From contig NZ_UGGU01000003.1 of the NCBI RefSeq assembly GCF_900450765.1, positions 1,416,854-1,440,853 of the forward strand: a DNA stretch of 24,000 nt. Reading direction: 5' to 3'. The notes under the pieces are model-generated. The model did no database searches and was not told the DNA's origin. It was given only the letters and a program-made list of their open reading frames with translations. The DNA comes from Fusobacterium necrogenes (GTDB taxonomy: Bacteria; Fusobacteriota; Fusobacteriia; Fusobacteriales; Fusobacteriaceae). The position numbers and the translations under genes are program-made. Of this stretch, positions 21,295 to 24,000 are shown one piece after another (the stretch's first letter is position 1; the number at the start of each line of letters is the position of its first letter).

Positions 21295-21739
21295 ACTCTA
21301 ACATCTCCTTCTCTTTTGCTTCATTTCCTATATATCTCAATTCTACTTCACGAGTATCCTCATCATGATAATTTAGTTTTATCTTTATATACTCCTTTGG
21401 TAATTCACTCTCTATTATATTAGCCCACTCTATAAGAAGTATACCATCACTATTTAAATAATCTTCATACCCTACCTCATATACTTCTTCTGCTTCCCCT
21501 AGACGATACACATCAAAATGATATAGAGGCAATCTTCCACTTAAATACTCTAATACATAATTAAAAGTTGGACTTTTTATATTTTCAACTATTCCTAACC
21601 TTTTAGCAAAGTGTTGAGAGAATGTAGTTTTTCCAGTACCTAAATCTCCTATTAAAGCTATTACTGTATTTTTACAAGAGTAATCAGCTAATTTTTCTGC
21701 TAGATTATTCAACTCATCAAATGTGAGAATTTTATTCAT
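21275..21739 (-). CDS. tsaE: tRNA t6A37 biosynthesis ATPase TsaE
   Basis: Walker A GDLGTGKTT and SPTFNYV/YHFDVYR motifs of YjeE/TsaE. The start is moved to the Met at 21739 (MNKILTF...), with GGGAGGAGAG directly upstream. The ORF-track start at 21769 lies inside hldC. Confidence 0.85.
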   Translation of the reverse strand: MNKILTFDELNNLAEKLADYSCKNTVIALIGDLGTGKTTFSQHFAKRLGIVENIKSPTFNYVLEYLSGRLPLYHFDVYRLGEAEEVYEVGYEDYLNSDGILLIEWANIIESELPKEYIKIKLNYHDEDTREVELRYIGNEAKEKEMLEYVGFSY

Positions 21740-22232
21740 TCTCTCCTCCCTCATCATCTTCCTTTTCATTTTTAAATTGTATCTTATTTACTATGTTAGT
21801 TGTAGATTTTCCTTCAACATAAGATAAGATTATTACCTCTCCACCATTTTTTTCTACTGTGGCAGTTTCTGGTAATTGCTCTTTTGTATAATCTCCACCT
21901 TTTACATGAATAGATGGTTTAATTTTTTCTAAAGTTTCTATTGGTGTTAATTCATCAAAAATAAGAGTAAAGTCTACTGCTTTTAGCCCTGATAACATCT
22001 CTGCTCTATCTATTTCATTATTTATAGGTCTAGTTGGTCCTTTCAATTTCCTTACTGACTCATCTGAATTTACTCCAACTATTAAAACATCTCCCTGCTT
22101 TTTGGCATCATTTAAATATCTTAAATGTCCCACATGTAAAATATCAAAACACCCATTTGTAAACACTACTTTTTTTCCTTGTAGCTTTAATTCCTCTATC
22201 ACTCTTGCTGCTGTTTCTCTACTTAAAATCAT
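21732..22232 (-). CDS. hldC: D-glycero-beta-D-manno-heptose-1-phosphate adenylyltransferase (RfaE domain II type, monofunctional)
   Basis: 166 aa with the cytidylyltransferase-fold motif FTNGCFDILHVGHLRYL. It has an acidic C-terminal tail, and its stop overlaps the tsaE start (ATGAATAA, 8-nt overlap). Confidence 0.8.
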   Translation of the reverse strand: MILSRETAARVIEELKLQGKKVVFTNGCFDILHVGHLRYLNDAKKQGDVLIVGVNSDESVRKLKGPTRPINNEIDRAEMLSGLKAVDFTLIFDELTPIETLEKIKPSIHVKGGDYTKEQLPETATVEKNGGEVIILSYVEGKSTTNIVNKIQFKNEKEDDEGGENE

Positions 22233-22314
22233 AATACTCCCCCTCCCATATAAGCAAACTTATCTCCATTTGTATTTTATCATATTTGTATATTTTATTA
22301 AATAGAAAATAAAC

Positions 22315-22932
22315 TTATACTCCATATAAATTTATAAATTCATAGATAATTTCTGCAGTAAGCCCCCAGATAGTCTCTCCTTGATAATTATAGAAATATA
22401 CCTCTCTAGCTCTTCCTAACCAAGAGTTTCCATATCTAGCTGGTAATTTTAATTCACTTGTAGAAAATAATGGTCTATTCTCTAATCCTATTTTCTCAAC
22501 TCTAGGGTTATTATTTTGAAAAAATTTAATTGGTATCAAAAAAACCTTCTCCACTTCATCAATATTATACTTTAATTCATCTATACTTTTAATATTTAGA
22601 TATCCTACATATACTTCTATAATTATTCCATTAGGGCTTACTAAACTTCCAAATTTCCCTTTTAATTTTATTTTTTCTCTAGCTATCCCTAACTCTTCAA
22701 TAGTCTCCCTTATAGCTGTGTATTCAGTTGTAATATCCTCTTTGTCAAATTTCCCTCCTGGAAAAGATATCTCTCCTCCCTGTCTAATATGTAAAGCTCT
22801 TTTCTCTAAAATAATATACTCTTTAGCATTTATTTCTACAATAGCTATAAGTACAGCTGAGGTTATATATCTATTTTGCCCTATTATTCTCTTCTCTCCT
22901 TGAGCTAATATCTCTGATAACTTATCTCCCAT
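22315..22932 (-). CDS. Nudix hydrolase, CoA pyrophosphatase-like
   Basis: 205 aa with Nudix box GGKFDKEDITTEYTAIRETIEELGI, preceded by a NuCoA-like motif (ILEKRALHIRQGGEISFPGG). Confidence 0.65.
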   Translation of the reverse strand: MGDKLSEILAQGEKRIIGQNRYITSAVLIAIVEINAKEYIILEKRALHIRQGGEISFPGGKFDKEDITTEYTAIRETIEELGIAREKIKLKGKFGSLVSPNGIIIEVYVGYLNIKSIDELKYNIDEVEKVFLIPIKFFQNNNPRVEKIGLENRPLFSTSELKLPARYGNSWLGRAREVYFYNYQGETIWGLTAEIIYEFINLYGV

Positions 22933-22990
22933 CTTCTCTCCTTTATCTTTATTTTTAATTTTATCACTTATATTAACTAAAGAAAAGAAA

Positions 22991-23060
22991 AAAGAAGAAA
23001 AATTTTTAAGTGCTGTAGTTAATTTTAAAACTTCAGTTCACTCCTTAATTTTTCTTCTTT
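22991..23060 (-). terminator. Long AT-rich hairpin downstream of pdxT (putative terminator)
   Basis: aaagaagaaaaattttt-aag (22991-23010) pairs imperfectly with cttaatttttcttcttt (23044-23060). T-rich sequence follows on the minus strand. Confidence 0.35.
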
Positions 23061-23070
23061 AAAATCATAA

Positions 23071-23646
23071 TTATTTTTTATTTTTTTCTACCATATTTAA
23101 AAAATATCTATGTAATGTTGTATCCTCTGTTAACTCAGGATGAAAAGATATCCCTAACATATTTTTTTCTTTTACAGCTATAATTTTCCCTTCAACTTCT
23201 CCTAAGATTTCAACCTCTTCTCCTACTGTTTCTACATATGGAGCTCTTATAAATACCAGCTCTATTTTCTTTTCTATTCCTTTGATGCTTCCTAAATATT
23301 TAAAACTTCCTAATTGTCTACCATAACCATTTCTTTTTACAGCTATATCCATTACTCCTAAATGAACTGTATCATCATTAACTAATTTTTTAGCTAGAAG
23401 AATTAACCCTGAACAAGTTCCAAATACTGGCATTCCATTTTTTATCTTCTCTTTTAGAGGTTCTAGTAAATCAAACTCTTTCATTAATTTCCCCATAGCA
23501 GTACTCTCTCCACCTGGTAAAATTATTCCATCTATCTCTTCAAGTTGAGATTTTTCTTTGATATATATACTTGTAACTCCCAATTTATCCAAAATTTTTT
23601 TATGTTCTAAAAAAGCTCCTTGTAAAGCTAAAATTCCTATTTTCAT
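23071..23646 (-). CDS. pdxT: Pyridoxal 5'-phosphate synthase, glutaminase subunit PdxT
   Basis: 191 aa with MKIGILALQGAF, the catalytic GTCSGLILL and FHPELT motifs. It begins 2 nt after the pdxS stop. Confidence 0.9.
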   Translation of the reverse strand: MKIGILALQGAFLEHKKILDKLGVTSIYIKEKSQLEEIDGIILPGGESTAMGKLMKEFDLLEPLKEKIKNGMPVFGTCSGLILLAKKLVNDDTVHLGVMDIAVKRNGYGRQLGSFKYLGSIKGIEKKIELVFIRAPYVETVGEEVEILGEVEGKIIAVKEKNMLGISFHPELTEDTTLHRYFLNMVEKNKK

Positions 23647-23648
23647 AA

Positions 23649-24000
23649 TTAATAACCTCTATCAGACATTTTTTCTTTCTCTTCTAAGCTATAGACATTT
23701 ATTCCTACCATAGCTTCTCCTAAATCTTCTGATACCTCTGCTAATATCTTAGGATTATCAAAATTAGTTACTGCCTTTACTATTGCTGCTGCCCTTTTAG
23801 CTGGGTCTCCTGATTTAAATATTCCTGACCCTACAAAAACACCATCACAACCTAATTGCATCATTAAAGCTGCATCTGCTGGGGTAGCTACTCCACCAGC
23901 AGCAAAGTTAACTACTGGTAACTTTTTATTTTCATAGACATATTTTAATAACTCATATGGAACTCCTAACTCCTTAGCTATATTATATAACTCTGACTCT
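23649..24000 (-). CDS. pdxS: Pyridoxal 5'-phosphate synthase, lyase subunit PdxS (C-terminal part; 5' end outside window)
   Basis: My translation of 23865-23999 continues the frame without a stop: ...[40 protein letters not shown]. The ORF-track Met at 23864 is therefore internal. Confidence 0.9.
   Translation of the reverse strand, partial: ESELYNIAKELGVPYELLKYVYENKKLPVVNFAAGGVATPADAALMMQLGCDGVFVGSGIFKSGDPAKRAAAIVKAVTNFDNPKILAEVSEDLGEAMVGINVYSLEEKEKMSDRGY

Overview
Strongly AT-rich window (by eye about 70% A+T, not computed), densely packed with mostly ordinary chromosomal genes. Gene content points to a Gram-negative anaerobe, probably Fusobacteriaceae (inference): an LptD-like outer-membrane protein, ADP-heptose enzyme HldC, a rubredoxin-fused flavoprotein and PdxST.

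Left half (1-11.3 kb), a sugar-utilisation neighbourhood:
- nhaC fragment, manA (-), galM (+) and a split LysO/DUF340 exporter pair (+).
- A complete ebg-type module: ebgR (+) divergent from ebgA-ebgC-APC permease-sugar O-acetyltransferase (-).
- A small acidic ORF followed by a DJ-1/PfpI gene (+).

Right half (11.3-24 kb), all on the minus strand:
- cca, thrS and a 1269-aa LptD/OstA-like outer-membrane protein.
- trxA and a rubredoxin-domain FAD oxidoreductase.
- tsaB, tsaE and hldC with overlapping reading frames.
- A Nudix CoA-pyrophosphatase-like gene, pdxT and a partial pdxS.

I see no CRISPR array, transposase, integrase, phage gene, tRNA/rRNA or recognisable defence system, and I will not invent one.

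Most worth a second look:
1. A ~150-nt rod-like imperfect hairpin between thrS and cca. It has its own extended -10 box and a trailing U-tract, so it may be an sRNA, a 6S-like RNA or a cca leader/attenuator.
2. The ebgR/ebgAC/APC-permease synteny shared with E. coli, whose natural substrate is unknown.
3. The unusually long LptD-like protein, which has a non-canonical C-terminal tail and sits 35 nt upstream of thrS.

Several six-frame ORF N-termini are over-extended. Starts were re-assigned from Shine-Dalgarno spacing. All homology calls come from motif recognition by eye, with no searches run.
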